Origin: Pseudomonadota bacterium
Lineage (GTDB): Bacteria > Vulcanimicrobiota > Xenobia > RGZZ01
Assembly: GCA_010028905.1 (NCBI GenBank)
Contig: RGZZ01000002.1
Coordinates: forward strand, 1-45,483
Reading direction: 5' to 3'
Length of the DNA: 45,483 nt
Below, piece by piece: positions 27,074 to 36,766 of this stretch. How positions within the stretch are numbered: the first letter of the stretch is position 1; every line of letters begins with the position of its first letter. Below the pieces are notes generated by a model, which was given only the letters and a program-made list of their open reading frames with translations, was not told the origin of the DNA and searched no databases. Made by a program: the position numbers and the translations under genes.

Positions 27074-28233
27074 TGCTGCCAGCAGGCAAGGCGAATCTCA
27101 AGGATCTCCTGCCCGCGGAGCTGGAGGCCTGGTTTGAGTCTCTGGGCGAGAAGCCGTTTCGTGCCCGCCAGATCGTGAAGTGGCTCTACCAGAAATACGA
27201 GCACGACTTCCTGTCCATGACCGACCTGTCGAGGGCGTTGCGCGAACGTCTCACCGAGCTTGCCTTCGTGCCCCAGCTCGAGCTCGTCTCGTATCAGCGC
27301 GCCGCGGCGGGCGACACCGAGAAGTTCCTCTTCCGCCTGCCCGATGGAAACGCCGTGGAGAGCGTGCTCATGCACTTCGATGAGCATCTGGGGCCCGGCA
27401 GGGCCACGTTGTGCATCTCCACGCAGGTAGGCTGCGCCATGGGATGCGTCTTCTGCGCGTCCGGTCAGGCGGGGGTGCTGCGCAACCTCGCGACCTGGGA
27501 GATCGTCGATCAGGTGCTGCAGGTGCAGAAGTTCATCGCCCCTCGTGATGAGCGCATTGCCAACCTCGTGTACATGGGCATCGGTGAACCGCTCGCAAAC
27601 TACACCGCGACGCTGCGCAGCCTCAAGCTGGTCAATCACGAGGAAGGCCTCCAGATCGGCATGCGCCACATCGCCGTCTCCACGTCGGGGCTGGTTCCCG
27701 GCATCGATCGGCTGGCGCGTGAGAAGCTGCCCATCCGCCTCGCCATCTCCCTTCACTCGCCCCACGAGTCGCTGCGCTCCGAGCTCATGCCCATCAACGA
27801 GGTCTATCCGCTGGCTTCGCTCATGGCGTCGTGCCGAGCCTATCAAGAGGCCACGAAACGGCGCATCACGTTCGAGTACTGCCTCATCAGGGACGTCAAC
27901 GATTCTGACGAAGACGCCCACGCAGTAGGCGCGCTCCTCGACGGCATCCACAGCCTGGTGAACATCATCCCGCTTAACCCGGTCGACGGCTACGAGGGCA
28001 AGCGCCCAGGCGCGATGCGCGTCGCGTCGTTCCAGCGCATCGTCGAGGGCTACGGCATCAAGACCACGGTGCGTCAGACCATGGGCGATGACATCGACGC
28101 CGCCTGTGGCCAGCTGCGGCGCACGGCCTCGACGGTGCTATCGGGACGCACGCTGTCGGCGGCGCGTCGCAAGCCGCTTCGGGCCAGAGGCGACGTGGCG
28201 GCGTCTCCCTCGTCTACGGCGCTCCAGCCATGA
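27073..28233 (+). CDS. rlmN: 23S rRNA/tRNA (adenine-C2)-methyltransferase RlmN (radical SAM)
   Basis: FRARQIVKWLY N-terminus, radical-SAM cluster CISTQVGCAMGCVFCASG, and GIGEPLAN, SLHSP and IIPLNP motifs. Confidence 0.9.
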   Translation: MLPAGKANLKDLLPAELEAWFESLGEKPFRARQIVKWLYQKYEHDFLSMTDLSRALRERLTELAFVPQLELVSYQRAAAGDTEKFLFRLPDGNAVESVLMHFDEHLGPGRATLCISTQVGCAMGCVFCASGQAGVLRNLATWEIVDQVLQVQKFIAPRDERIANLVYMGIGEPLANYTATLRSLKLVNHEEGLQIGMRHIAVSTSGLVPGIDRLAREKLPIRLAISLHSPHESLRSELMPINEVYPLASLMASCRAYQEATKRRITFEYCLIRDVNDSDEDAHAVGALLDGIHSLVNIIPLNPVDGYEGKRPGAMRVASFQRIVEGYGIKTTVRQTMGDDIDAACGQLRRTASTVLSGRTLSAARRKPLRARGDVAASPSSTALQP

Positions 28234-28622
28234 GCGAGGACGCCATCGCGGCCCGTCTCGCACGCGGCCACGAGAAGGGGCGCGCGATGCTGGGGCATCG
28301 CTGGGAGCGCGTGGTCGAGGCGCTCGAGGCGGCCAGTCCCGATCTGGCGCGCTACGTCGTGGAGTTCGCCTACGGTGAGGTGTACCCGAGGCCAGGCCTC
28401 GACATCCGATCGCGCGAGATGGTGTCGATCACGTGCCTCACGTTGCAGGGTCTGCGGCCGCAGCTCAAGACCCATCTCATTGCCGCACTCGAATCCGGAG
28501 TGAGCGAAGCCGAGCTTGTGGAGCTCTTCATCCACCTCGCCCTCTATGCCGGCTTTCCCACCGCGCTCTTCGGCATGCAGACCGCCCGAGAGGTGTTCGA
28601 GGAGCGCCGCGGTCGCGCCTGA
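28230..28622 (+). CDS. Carboxymuconolactone decarboxylase (CMD/AhpD-like) family protein
   Basis: 130 aa. The sequence YGEVYPRPGLDIRSREMVSITCLTLQG...ELVELFIHLALYAGFP is typical of the CMD domain. Its ATGA start overlaps the rlmN stop. Confidence 0.75.
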   Translation: MSEDAIAARLARGHEKGRAMLGHRWERVVEALEAASPDLARYVVEFAYGEVYPRPGLDIRSREMVSITCLTLQGLRPQLKTHLIAALESGVSEAELVELFIHLALYAGFPTALFGMQTAREVFEERRGRA

Positions 28623-28632
28623 AGGGGCGTGA

Positions 28633-29385
28633 TCAGCCCTGTGCGCCGCTCGCGGGGCGCAGCGTTGCCGCGAACACGCGCATGAGCTCGTCCGGGCGGG
28701 TGGCCCGCGCGGCGGCGATCTCCGCCTTCTGCGCGCCGGCGTTCACGCGAAGGAACAGCTCGAGGCGGTCTTGCGCAAAGAGCTTGGTGGAGATCCAGTA
28801 GTTCGCAAGCGACAGGTCGAGAGAGCCCGGGATGATGTCGGGGCTCTCGTTGCGCACGTAGGTCTTGAGCTCGAGGAAGCCGGTGTCCGATCCTTCGATG
28901 GCTGTGCCGGGAATCGCGCCGCCCAGGGCTTTCGAGAGCCGGCCGAGCAGGCGCTCGGCATTGGCGCCTTCGCAGCGCTCGACGAAGGCGGCGCTGTAGG
29001 CCTCGACGTGCTGCACCGGCAGGAGGAGCCCGAGCTGCATGGTGTCATCGTCATCGGTGGTCAGGCGGAAGATGGTCCAGGCGGCGGGTACGGGAGAGTC
29101 CCACTGGGCTTCGGAGAGCGGGCGTCTCTCGAGAAGCTCGGCCCGCAGCGAGAGCACAGGCAGGGCGGGGCGCGAGAAGGCGGATTCGAGGGTCTCTTCG
29201 GTGGGCTCGGTGGACGGTGGAGGCGTGCCCTGCGGCCGCAGGCGGGAACGTGAGCGGGTGCGGCGCTGGAGCACTGTGGCGATGGCGCCGACGATCATGA
29301 GCGCGAGGGCAATCCCCAGCACGGTGAGGATGCGCCAGTCGACGCCGATACGAGCCAGTTCGAGTGTGAGACGGTCTGCTTCCAC
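28633..29385 (-). CDS. Hypothetical single-pass membrane protein
   Basis: GTG start with GGAGG 8 nt upstream. One N-terminal TM helix ([23 protein letters not shown]) is followed by an Arg-rich stop-transfer segment. I recognised no domain. Confidence 0.55.
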   Translation of the reverse strand: MEADRLTLELARIGVDWRILTVLGIALALMIVGAIATVLQRRTRSRSRLRPQGTPPPSTEPTEETLESAFSRPALPVLSLRAELLERRPLSEAQWDSPVPAAWTIFRLTTDDDDTMQLGLLLPVQHVEAYSAAFVERCEGANAERLLGRLSKALGGAIPGTAIEGSDTGFLELKTYVRNESPDIIPGSLDLSLANYWISTKLFAQDRLELFLRVNAGAQKAEIAAARATRPDELMRVFAATLRPASGAQG

Positions 29386-29688
29386 CGCGCGAGCCTCCGT
29401 GACGGGATTCGTCTACCCCCTGAGCAGCGGGCCGAGATGCGCCGCAGCAGGCGTGAGGCGAAAAAAATCTCGACGCGGGGGAGGAATTCCGACCGCATTC
29501 GTCTTATTCTACTCGCCATTGCCTGGACGGGGGCGGCGCCCGATCAGTGTTCCCATCCCGCCAGCAACACTCCTTCCCACCCACGCGCGCGTGAAACGGA
29601 AAGGTCGACAAGCGTAGCGCCGACAGCGCCACAGAACGGCCTCCCCCCCAGAGCGCAGCACGGTGGAGATCTCCTGGAGGAAAACCTC

Positions 29689-30906
29689 TTGAGCCAGTCC
29701 AGAAATTTCTACTTCACGTCGGAATCCGTGACAGAAGGGCATCCGGACAAGGTCGCCGACCAGATCTCAGATGCCATCCTCGACGCCATCCTCGAGCAAG
29801 ACCCGCGCGGGCGCGTCGCCTGCGAGGTTCTCGTGCACACGGGCTGCATCCACGTCGCGGGGCAGATCACCACGAACTGCTACGTCGACCTCGCCCGCGT
29901 GGCCCGCAAGACGGTGCGCGAGATCGGCTACACCAGCACGAACTACGGCCTCGAGGCCGATACCTGCGCCGTTCTCGTCTCCATCGACGAGCAGTCGGCT
30001 GACATCGCGATGGGCGTCGATCGCGCCCTCGAGTCGCGGTCGGCCAAGATGACCGACGCCGAGGTCGAGGCGCTGGGCGCTGGCGACCAGGGAATGATGT
30101 TCGGCTACGCGTGCAACGAGACCGAGGAGATGATGCCGATGCCCATCACCCTCGCGCAGCGTCTCGCCCGTCGCCTCGCCGAGGTGCGTCACAACGCCAC
30201 GCTGCCGTACCTGCGTCCCGACGGCAAGAGCCAGGTGACCGTGAAGTACGAGAACGGCAAGCCCGTTGCCATCGAGAACATCGTCATCAGCACCCAGCAC
30301 TCCGAAGACTGGACGCTGGAACAGATCCGCGCCGACATCCTCGAGCACGTGATCAAGCCCGTCGTTCCGCAGGGCATGCTCCCGGCCGATGACAAGATCT
30401 ACGTGAACCCCACCGGCCGCTTCGTGGTGGGTGGTCCGCAGGGTGACAGCGGTCTCACCGGTCGCAAGATCATCGTCGACACCTACGGCGGCATGGCCCG
30501 TCATGGTGGCGGCGCCTTCTCCGGCAAGGATCCCACAAAGGTCGACCGCAGCGCAGCCTACGCGGCTCGCTACGTCGCCAAGAACATCGTGGCCGCTGGG
30601 CTCGCCGAGCGCTGCGAGATCGCACTGGCGTACGCCATCGGCGTGGCGCAGCCGCTCAACATCGAGGTGGAGACCTTTGGCACCGCCAAGGTCGACGAGG
30701 CCCGCATCGTCGAGCTCGTGCGCAAGAACTTCGACCTGCGTCCGGGCGCCATCATCCGCGACCTCGATCTGCGTCGTCCGATCTACAAGGCCACCGCGGC
30801 CTACGGTCACTTCGGCCGTCTCGACCTCGACCTCCCGTGGGAGCGCACCGACCGCGCCGAGACCCTGCGCCAGCAGGCGGGCGTGGCCCACAGCCTCGCG
30901 CACTGA
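29689..30906 (+). CDS. metK: S-adenosylmethionine synthetase
   Basis: TTG start 8 nt after GGAGG. The product reads [57 protein letters not shown] and [16 protein letters not shown]. The ORF-track extension back to 29437 was rejected. Confidence 0.95.
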   Translation: MSQSRNFYFTSESVTEGHPDKVADQISDAILDAILEQDPRGRVACEVLVHTGCIHVAGQITTNCYVDLARVARKTVREIGYTSTNYGLEADTCAVLVSIDEQSADIAMGVDRALESRSAKMTDAEVEALGAGDQGMMFGYACNETEEMMPMPITLAQRLARRLAEVRHNATLPYLRPDGKSQVTVKYENGKPVAIENIVISTQHSEDWTLEQIRADILEHVIKPVVPQGMLPADDKIYVNPTGRFVVGGPQGDSGLTGRKIIVDTYGGMARHGGGAFSGKDPTKVDRSAAYAARYVAKNIVAAGLAERCEIALAYAIGVAQPLNIEVETFGTAKVDEARIVELVRKNFDLRPGAIIRDLDLRRPIYKATAAYGHFGRLDLDLPWERTDRAETLRQQAGVAHSLAH

Positions 30907-31055
30907 CGGCGAGGCGAACGCCTCCCCCCGGGTGCGCTCTGGTCCTCGCGGTGCCCAGATCAATTGGCTTCGAGGGGTCTGGTCGGGCCATCACGCATGG
31001 CACGTCCAGGCCGTCTTGAAGCCACTGGCATGAAGGCATCGCGAGGACTTTTTCT

Positions 31056-32150
31056 TTGCCCTACGAGACCGTAGAGATTCCCCGGCCGACAGAGGTCGAC
31101 GACCACGAGGTCATGCGCGCCGTCGACCGCATGGCGGTCTTCGGCTACCTGGGGCAGATGGTGAACGTGGGCATCCCCCTCGCGCGCGCGCTCGACTCCA
31201 TCGCCGAGCAGTACCCAGACGGGCATACCCGCGCCGTGCTCTCGCGCCTCGGCCTCGAGCTCCGACACGGGGCGGCGCTCTCCACCGCGATGCGCCGCTT
31301 CCCCGGCTCGTTCTCTGCGCTTCACGTCGGCGTCATCGCCGCGGGGGAGACGAGCGGTCGACTGGCGCCCTGCCTGCAACGGCTCGCGCGTCATGAAGAG
31401 CGCTGGTTCTCGCTGACGCGACAGGTTCGCGCGATGATGGTGTACCCGCTCTTCGTCTTCGGTGCCGCCCTGGTTCTGATCACCGGTCTGGCTCAGGTTC
31501 TGGTGAGCGGTGTGGCGCCCATCGTGGCTGACGCGAAGATCAAGATGAACCCGCTCTCGAGGCTGGTGTTCTGGGTTGCAGGGGGGCTTCGAAATCCAGC
31601 GGCGTGGGCGCTCGTTCTTGCAGGAGGGATTGTTCTGGGGGTTGCGCTCGCGCGATGGCGTCGAAGTCCGGGAGGACAGCGCGCACTGGAGCGGCTGGTT
31701 CTGCGTCTCCCGCTGGTGGGCGAGATCACGCGCAAGATCGAGGCCGCCCGGGTGTGTGAGTCGCTGGCCACCTTGCACGAGAGCGGCGTGGCCATCTCGC
31801 GGGCGCTCATCATGACCGCGAACGCCTGCGAGACAGAGGCGTGTCGCCAGGCGCTGCTCGACGTGGAGAGCCGCGTGGTGAACGGGATGACTCTCTCGGA
31901 GGCGTTTGAGCGAAGTGGATTCTTCCACATCTCCGTGGCGCACATGGTGGCGGTGGGAGAGACTTCGGGCAAGCTCACGTCGATGCTGATCCGCTCCGCG
32001 GGCTACCACGATCTCGAGGTGCGGACGGCTCTCGAGCAGTTTGCCGCGGCGCTCGAGCCCATGATGATCTCAGGACTGGGCGTTCTCGTGGCCGTCATCA
32101 TCCTGCTTGCGTTTGCGCCCCTCTATCAGCTCGTGTCTGGTCTCAGCTGA
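31056..32150 (+). CDS. Type II secretion / type IV pilus platform protein (GspF/PilC family, two T2SSF domains)
   Basis: Two copies of the T2SSF pattern (G.PL..AL........R..L..L...L..G..LS.A....P..F......V.AGE.SG.L) are separated by TM helices. The start is uncertain: TTG 31056 or ATG 31113. No adjacent GspE/PilB ATPase gene. Confidence 0.82.
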   Translation: MPYETVEIPRPTEVDDHEVMRAVDRMAVFGYLGQMVNVGIPLARALDSIAEQYPDGHTRAVLSRLGLELRHGAALSTAMRRFPGSFSALHVGVIAAGETSGRLAPCLQRLARHEERWFSLTRQVRAMMVYPLFVFGAALVLITGLAQVLVSGVAPIVADAKIKMNPLSRLVFWVAGGLRNPAAWALVLAGGIVLGVALARWRRSPGGQRALERLVLRLPLVGEITRKIEAARVCESLATLHESGVAISRALIMTANACETEACRQALLDVESRVVNGMTLSEAFERSGFFHISVAHMVAVGETSGKLTSMLIRSAGYHDLEVRTALEQFAAALEPMMISGLGVLVAVIILLAFAPLYQLVSGLS

Positions 32151-32208
32151 GCATAGAGGGCCAGTCGGGCTCTCTGGCAAACATGTGCAATCTGAGAGGG
32201 AGGCCCCC

Positions 32209-33468
32209 ATGACAGACCGGAGAGCCGACCATGAGCTGCTTGCAGAGCTCGACTCGGGTGAGATCACGGTTCAGTCGGCGCCACCTGTGTCGCAGAGCAG
32301 TGAGCAGCGCCTCACCGCACTCGTCCAGCTGGGGCGCATCATCAATTCCATTCTCGATCTCGATCAGATCCTCGAGATCCTCATCGACCAGCTCGTCACG
32401 CTGCTGAACGCGGAACGCGGCTTCATCATGCTGGTCGACCCTGACAGTCGCGGCTTGAGCTTTCGCGCGGCGCGCAACGTCGACCGCTTCACCCTCGACG
32501 AGCCCGAGTTCCAGATCAGCCGCAGCATCGTCGACCAGGTCTATGCCACGCAACGCCCGGTGCTCTCGTTCAACGCCGCCGACGATCCACGATATTGCAA
32601 CAGCCCGAGCATCGCCGTCTTCGGGTTGCGCGCCGTGATCTGTGCGCCCGTGCGGGTCAAAGCGCGGGTCATCGGGGTCATCTACCTCGACAACCGTCTC
32701 AAGAACGGGGCTTTTCTCGAGGGTGACCTCGATTTTGTCACCGCCTTTGCAGACCAGGCTGCCATTGCGATCGACAACGCGAATCTCGACGCCGAGAAGC
32801 GTCGCATCCGTGATCTCTTCGAAGGATATGTCTCCCGACAGGTTCTCGACGACATCTTGAAGCGAAACGATGTCGAGCTGGCGGGGCAGCGCTGTGTGGT
32901 CACCGTGATGTTCTGTGATATCAGGGGGTTCACCACGCTGGCAGAGGTTCTCGGCCCCGCGGCCCTCGTGTCGCGTCTCAACCAGTTCTACCAGGAGATG
33001 GGCGAGATCATCTTCAAGCACGGCGGCATTCTCTTCACCTACATGGGAGACGCCATCATGGCGGTGTTCGGCGCGCCAACCCGTCACGACGACGACGCCC
33101 TGCACGCCATCAAAGCGGCGCTCGACATGTGCAAGCGCATGGATCAGCTTGCGGCGCAGTGGAAGGCAAAGGGGGAGCCCTCGTTCCAGATCGGCATCGG
33201 GCTGTGCACGGGTGAGGTCATCGCGGGTGACGTGGGCTTCGCCAAGAAGCGGGAGTACACGGTCATCGGAGACACGGTGAACGTTGCGGCGCGCATGGAG
33301 AAGCTGAACAAGGAGTTCGGCTCGCGCATCGTCATGAGCACCTCGACGCAGGAGGCCGTGGGGCACGGCCTTCCTGTCGAGCTCCTGGGGCGGGTCGAGG
33401 TGCGGGGCAAGGCCGAGCCGATGGATGTCTGGAGCGTGCCGGGCTTCGGCGCGCGCACGAGGCGCTAG
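32209..33468 (+). CDS. GAF-domain class III adenylate/guanylate cyclase
   Basis: GAGGGAGG lies before ATG 32209. A GAF region (LDQILEILIDQLVTLLNAERGFIMLVD...VIGVIYLDN) is followed by cyclase motifs VTVMFCDIRGFTTL, GDAIMAVFGAP, IGLCTGEVIAGDVG and YTVIGDTVNVAARME. Confidence 0.85.
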   Translation: MTDRRADHELLAELDSGEITVQSAPPVSQSSEQRLTALVQLGRIINSILDLDQILEILIDQLVTLLNAERGFIMLVDPDSRGLSFRAARNVDRFTLDEPEFQISRSIVDQVYATQRPVLSFNAADDPRYCNSPSIAVFGLRAVICAPVRVKARVIGVIYLDNRLKNGAFLEGDLDFVTAFADQAAIAIDNANLDAEKRRIRDLFEGYVSRQVLDDILKRNDVELAGQRCVVTVMFCDIRGFTTLAEVLGPAALVSRLNQFYQEMGEIIFKHGGILFTYMGDAIMAVFGAPTRHDDDALHAIKAALDMCKRMDQLAAQWKAKGEPSFQIGIGLCTGEVIAGDVGFAKKREYTVIGDTVNVAARMEKLNKEFGSRIVMSTSTQEAVGHGLPVELLGRVEVRGKAEPMDVWSVPGFGARTRR

Positions 33469-33478
33469 GCGCGCGGCA

Positions 33479-35644
33479 TCAGCGCACCTCGTCCCAGGCG
33501 GTGCACACGGCGCTGCCGTAGCCGTGCACCGATTTCATGTAGGTGGCGTCGTAGATCATGTGCACTGAGCGCAGCACGAGGCTCCCCTTGTCTTGATTGC
33601 CACAGATGACACCGCCTCGTATGGTGAGCCCGGAAGCGCTGGCCTCGTTGTGGTCGGCGTTCTTGTCGCTGATGATGGTGAGGCTGTTCTTGGCGATGAT
33701 CAGGCCGCGATAGTCTCCTCGGGCGCGGAGAACCACGTCTCGCGCGAGAATCACCATGCCCTGGTCGCGGGCGTCGAGATGCCCGCCAGAGAGCGAGAGC
33801 ACGCCATTCACCACGAGCACCGAGTTGCTGCCCTCGATGGAGGCCGTCTTGTCGGTCGACAGATCGCTTGCGAGATCGAGGTCGCCGTTGACGTACAACA
33901 TGGCGTTGCGCAGCTGTATCGCGCCTTTGGTCTGGACGACGCCGTAGCGCTGAGGGGATGGTGTTGGCGCAGGGCTTCCGGCCGTGACACTGGGAGAGGT
34001 CGGTATCCCTGAGCTGCTGCGCTGCGCGTCGTTCAGCTTGAAGACCTGACGGTTGCCGAGGCTGCCGTAGTAGACATAGCGCGTGCCTCCTCCATACTGC
34101 AGCGGGGGAGACGAGGGCTGATCCGGGGACAGGGAGAGCGTACCGCAGAGAAACCCGAAGGTGCTCACCTCGGCGTGCGCCTGGGTGCCTTGCGTGCCGA
34201 ACCGATTCTCGAGGCCGTTCTCTCCCCCCATCTCCTTGAGCACCTCGGGCGGGATCTTCAGGGGCTTGATCGCAGTGAAGCCAGCCGGCGGCTCGAGGGC
34301 CAGGAGATCTGCAAGTGGCGCGGAGAGCGCCGGCGGGGGGAGATCGCCGAACGTGGCGTCGTCGGCCGGATTATGGGTCTCATCGAGCCCCGGCGGCATG
34401 GCCGTCTGGGTCTCTCCCTGATAGATGTTTCCGCTGTAGACGTTCACCCCCATGTTGGGCTTCGTGCTGCCATCAGAGGGTGTTCCTGTCCAGATGACGC
34501 TGCCGCCCAGGCTCTTCAGCATGTCTACGTACGCCGCGGGGAGGTACACATCTCCCTTGAGCGTGTTGCCCGTCTCGCTCACCGGTGTTGCGGCGCCCTG
34601 CGGAGCGCCGCCTGCGGCGGGTGAGGCGTCTGACGAGATCGTTGTCTGGCCCACGCTGATGCTGGCCTCACCGGAGCTCGAGGAAGGTCCAGCCCCCCCG
34701 AGTCCTGGGAGCCCTCCAGAAGAGGTCGGGCCCCCGCCCGAGGACCTGGCCGTCGATAGCGGGGGGCCAACACTGATCGGGGACATGACCGTGGCGTTGC
34801 ACTCCGGCTCGGCACGCAGGATAGCCAGAATCGGGCTCAGGGCCTTCTCGATCTCGGCGTTCGTTCCGGTGCCCAGCAGCATCTGCGCAGCAGGCGCCTT
34901 GGGAAGACGTCGGCCCCCGCTGACGTCGACGCGGGTCAGCCCAAAGCCACCGCCTCCCTCCTGTGTCGAGCCGAGGGTTCCGATTGCGCCCTCGACTGTC
35001 GAGGGGTTCACGACGGTGGCGTCGCCTTCCGGGCTGCCACAGATCACGATGGCGCCGCGCGGCGTGAATGCCGCGAAGGGCCACAGGCGCGAGATGATTG
35101 CGCGGTAGTGGCGCTCGATGCCATCGACGTTCACCGTCATCAGCAGCTCCACGCTGAACGGCGGCACTGACCGCTTGGAGGTGCTGCGATCGAGCCAGCC
35201 CGCCTTGGGGTACTCGCTCAACGAGTTGTCGGTGGAGTGCCACGGTCTCCCCGCGTCGAACGTGACCGTCACCTTTCCCTTCATCTCAGGGGACTCGGTG
35301 TTCGGAATGCCCTCACCGCTCTCGTACAGCGAGGTGAGGTCGAGGTTGGTGCCCTCGTTTCGCGAGAGGTCGAGGCCGCTCCCTCGCGATTTTGCGCTGG
35401 CCAGATCGAAGGCGACCATGAAGTGCTGGGTTGCCGCCTGCGCCAGCATGCCCGCGCGGCTTGTCCCCAGGTAGCCCCGGGACATGTTCAGGCTCACCAC
35501 GCAGAGGTCACCCAGGGCAAACCCTATCACCACCAGCAGCGCGAGCACCAGCAAGACCAGGAGCAACGCCCCTCCCCGGGGCGTGCGTGGGCGGCGTGGT
35601 GTGCGGGAGCGATGCGAGACAAGGATGCGGAGGCGTGCGATCAT
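33479..35644 (-). CDS. Large PilX/GspK-like minor pseudopilin with C-terminal beta-helix region
   Basis: ATG 35644 overlaps the upstream stop (ATGA). The N-terminus RGGALLLVLLVLALLVVIGFALG is PilX_N/GspK-like and lacks Glu5. The C-terminal 150 aa show beta-solenoid-like periodicity (LYVNGDLDL.. VLVVNGVLSLSGG.. VILARDVVLRARG.. LIIAKNSLTIIS.. LTIRGGVICGN). The ORF-track 5' extension to 36424 was rejected. Confidence 0.6.
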   Translation of the reverse strand: MIARLRILVSHRSRTPRRPRTPRGGALLLVLLVLALLVVIGFALGDLCVVSLNMSRGYLGTSRAGMLAQAATQHFMVAFDLASAKSRGSGLDLSRNEGTNLDLTSLYESGEGIPNTESPEMKGKVTVTFDAGRPWHSTDNSLSEYPKAGWLDRSTSKRSVPPFSVELLMTVNVDGIERHYRAIISRLWPFAAFTPRGAIVICGSPEGDATVVNPSTVEGAIGTLGSTQEGGGGFGLTRVDVSGGRRLPKAPAAQMLLGTGTNAEIEKALSPILAILRAEPECNATVMSPISVGPPLSTARSSGGGPTSSGGLPGLGGAGPSSSSGEASISVGQTTISSDASPAAGGAPQGAATPVSETGNTLKGDVYLPAAYVDMLKSLGGSVIWTGTPSDGSTKPNMGVNVYSGNIYQGETQTAMPPGLDETHNPADDATFGDLPPPALSAPLADLLALEPPAGFTAIKPLKIPPEVLKEMGGENGLENRFGTQGTQAHAEVSTFGFLCGTLSLSPDQPSSPPLQYGGGTRYVYYGSLGNRQVFKLNDAQRSSSGIPTSPSVTAGSPAPTPSPQRYGVVQTKGAIQLRNAMLYVNGDLDLASDLSTDKTASIEGSNSVLVVNGVLSLSGGHLDARDQGMVILARDVVLRARGDYRGLIIAKNSLTIISDKNADHNEASASGLTIRGGVICGNQDKGSLVLRSVHMIYDATYMKSVHGYGSAVCTAWDEVR

Positions 35645-36369
35645 GGCGAAGCCCCTGCTGCCGGCGCGGTCGGACTGGCCTGTGGGCTGGGAGAGGCGCT
35701 GGCCGTGCTGGGATCGAGCGCGTCGAGCACGGGGGTCACCGTGGTCTCGAGCGCGCAGCGCATCGACGTGTCGCTGACCGTGACCGCGATGTGGTAGCCC
35801 TTCGAGAGTCGCTCGACGCGCAGCGAGGAGACGTTGCGCCCGATGCGTCGCTGCTCTCCCAGCCAGGTCGGCATTGCGGTACCCCCCTCGAGCGCGGCGG
35901 TGACCGTCGGGGGGAGTATCGGACTGCCTGCGGAGGCGGCTTCGCCGCTCCCGCCGAGGGCGGGTGCGTCGGCTTTGAAACGGGCCTGCCAGAGCTCGTG
36001 ACGGGTCTCGTCGATGAAGTAGGCAACGGCTGAGGGGCCTTCGGCCGGCGCGCCAGAGGGCCCTGGCGCGGGGGGGCTTCCCGTGGTGTCTGCGGTCTCG
36101 ATGACGGCCAGGCCGTCGATGGGGATCTCCGCGCCGTCGTCGGTGCGATGCACCCGCGGGAAGATCACGATGCCTCGCGAGCGCCCACGCGAGATGCTGT
36201 GAGAGAGGGCGTGCATCGAGAGAAGCGCGTTCCCCTGCAGGTCGCCCTTGACCTGGCTGCGTCGCCAGGCGGCCAGACCCGGCCGCAGGGCCATGGCGAC
36301 GATGGCGGTGAGCAGGCCGAGAATGGAGCAGGTCACGAGAACCTCGATGAGCGTCATGCCGCGCCTCAT
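35641..36369 (-). CDS. Prepilin-type N-terminal cleavage/methylation domain protein (minor pseudopilin)
   Basis: MRRG|MTLIEVLVTCSILGLLTAIV is the class III signal (Gly-1, hydrophobic +1, Glu+5). ATGA overlaps link it to both neighbouring genes. Confidence 0.75.
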   Translation of the reverse strand: MRRGMTLIEVLVTCSILGLLTAIVAMALRPGLAAWRRSQVKGDLQGNALLSMHALSHSISRGRSRGIVIFPRVHRTDDGAEIPIDGLAVIETADTTGSPPAPGPSGAPAEGPSAVAYFIDETRHELWQARFKADAPALGGSGEAASAGSPILPPTVTAALEGGTAMPTWLGEQRRIGRNVSSLRVERLSKGYHIAVTVSDTSMRCALETTVTPVLDALDPSTASASPSPQASPTAPAAGASP

Positions 36370-36755
36370 CGCTTGCGCGCGTCCGGCATGCGTGTGGCGA
36401 GACGCACGGGAGCGGGTTGCCCACGCCACTCGACGGTGACGATCACGTCGTGCAGGCGGCCGTCGGTCTGTGGAGCAACCTGGGTCTCGCGTAGAACCGT
36501 GAACTCGGTGTCGTTGAGCGTCACGGTGAACCTGTCGAGGAACGCGGTCTGCTCGAGGCCGTTTCGACTCGTCTCCATGACTTCGAGGGCGTAGGCCGTG
36601 GCGGTCTGCAGGTCTTCGGCTTTCTTCAGGCTGAGCACGCCAGATGGGATGAGGCTCACAACGACGAGCAGCCCCGCCACGAGAAGGGCGGTGGAGATGA
36701 TGACCTCGATGAGCGTGAAGCCTCTCGGCCGCGCGTGCTCTCTTCCTCTCGGCAT
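36366..36755 (-). CDS. Prepilin-type N-terminal cleavage/methylation domain protein (GspI/PilV-sized minor pseudopilin)
   Basis: MPRGREHARPRG|FTLIEVIISTALLVAGLLVVV is a canonical G/FTLIE motif. 129 aa. Confidence 0.8.
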   Translation of the reverse strand: MPRGREHARPRGFTLIEVIISTALLVAGLLVVVSLIPSGVLSLKKAEDLQTATAYALEVMETSRNGLEQTAFLDRFTVTLNDTEFTVLRETQVAPQTDGRLHDVIVTVEWRGQPAPVRLATRMPDARKR

Positions 36756-36766
36756 CGGCCGCGAGC

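Noticed and set aside
29500-29600. A SAM-I/SAM-IV riboswitch upstream of metK (CTTATT..., CCCGATCAG and CCCGCCAGCAAC resemble parts of the SAM-I core).
   Set aside because: I could not build P1 (no complement to the CUUAU arm) or P3 (no GGUGCC partner for GCAAC). It is kept only as an unclassified candidate leader in the findings.
33469-33478. A bidirectional terminator between the convergent cyclase and PilX-like genes, and likewise at 28623-28632 and 15618-15670.
   Set aside because: The gaps at 33469-33478 and 28623-28632 are only 10 nt. The GTCAGC/GCTGAC inverted repeat at about 15620-15660 has a long loop and no T-tract. None is convincing as an intrinsic terminator.
35645-36424. The N-terminal 260 residues of the 981-aa ORF 33479..36424.
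   Set aside because: This part is Arg/Pro-rich and overlaps two ORFs that carry canonical prepilin G/FTLIE and G/MTLIE signals in another frame. The internal ATG 35644 forms an ATGA overlap with the upstream stop and yields a PilX-like hydrophobic N-terminus.
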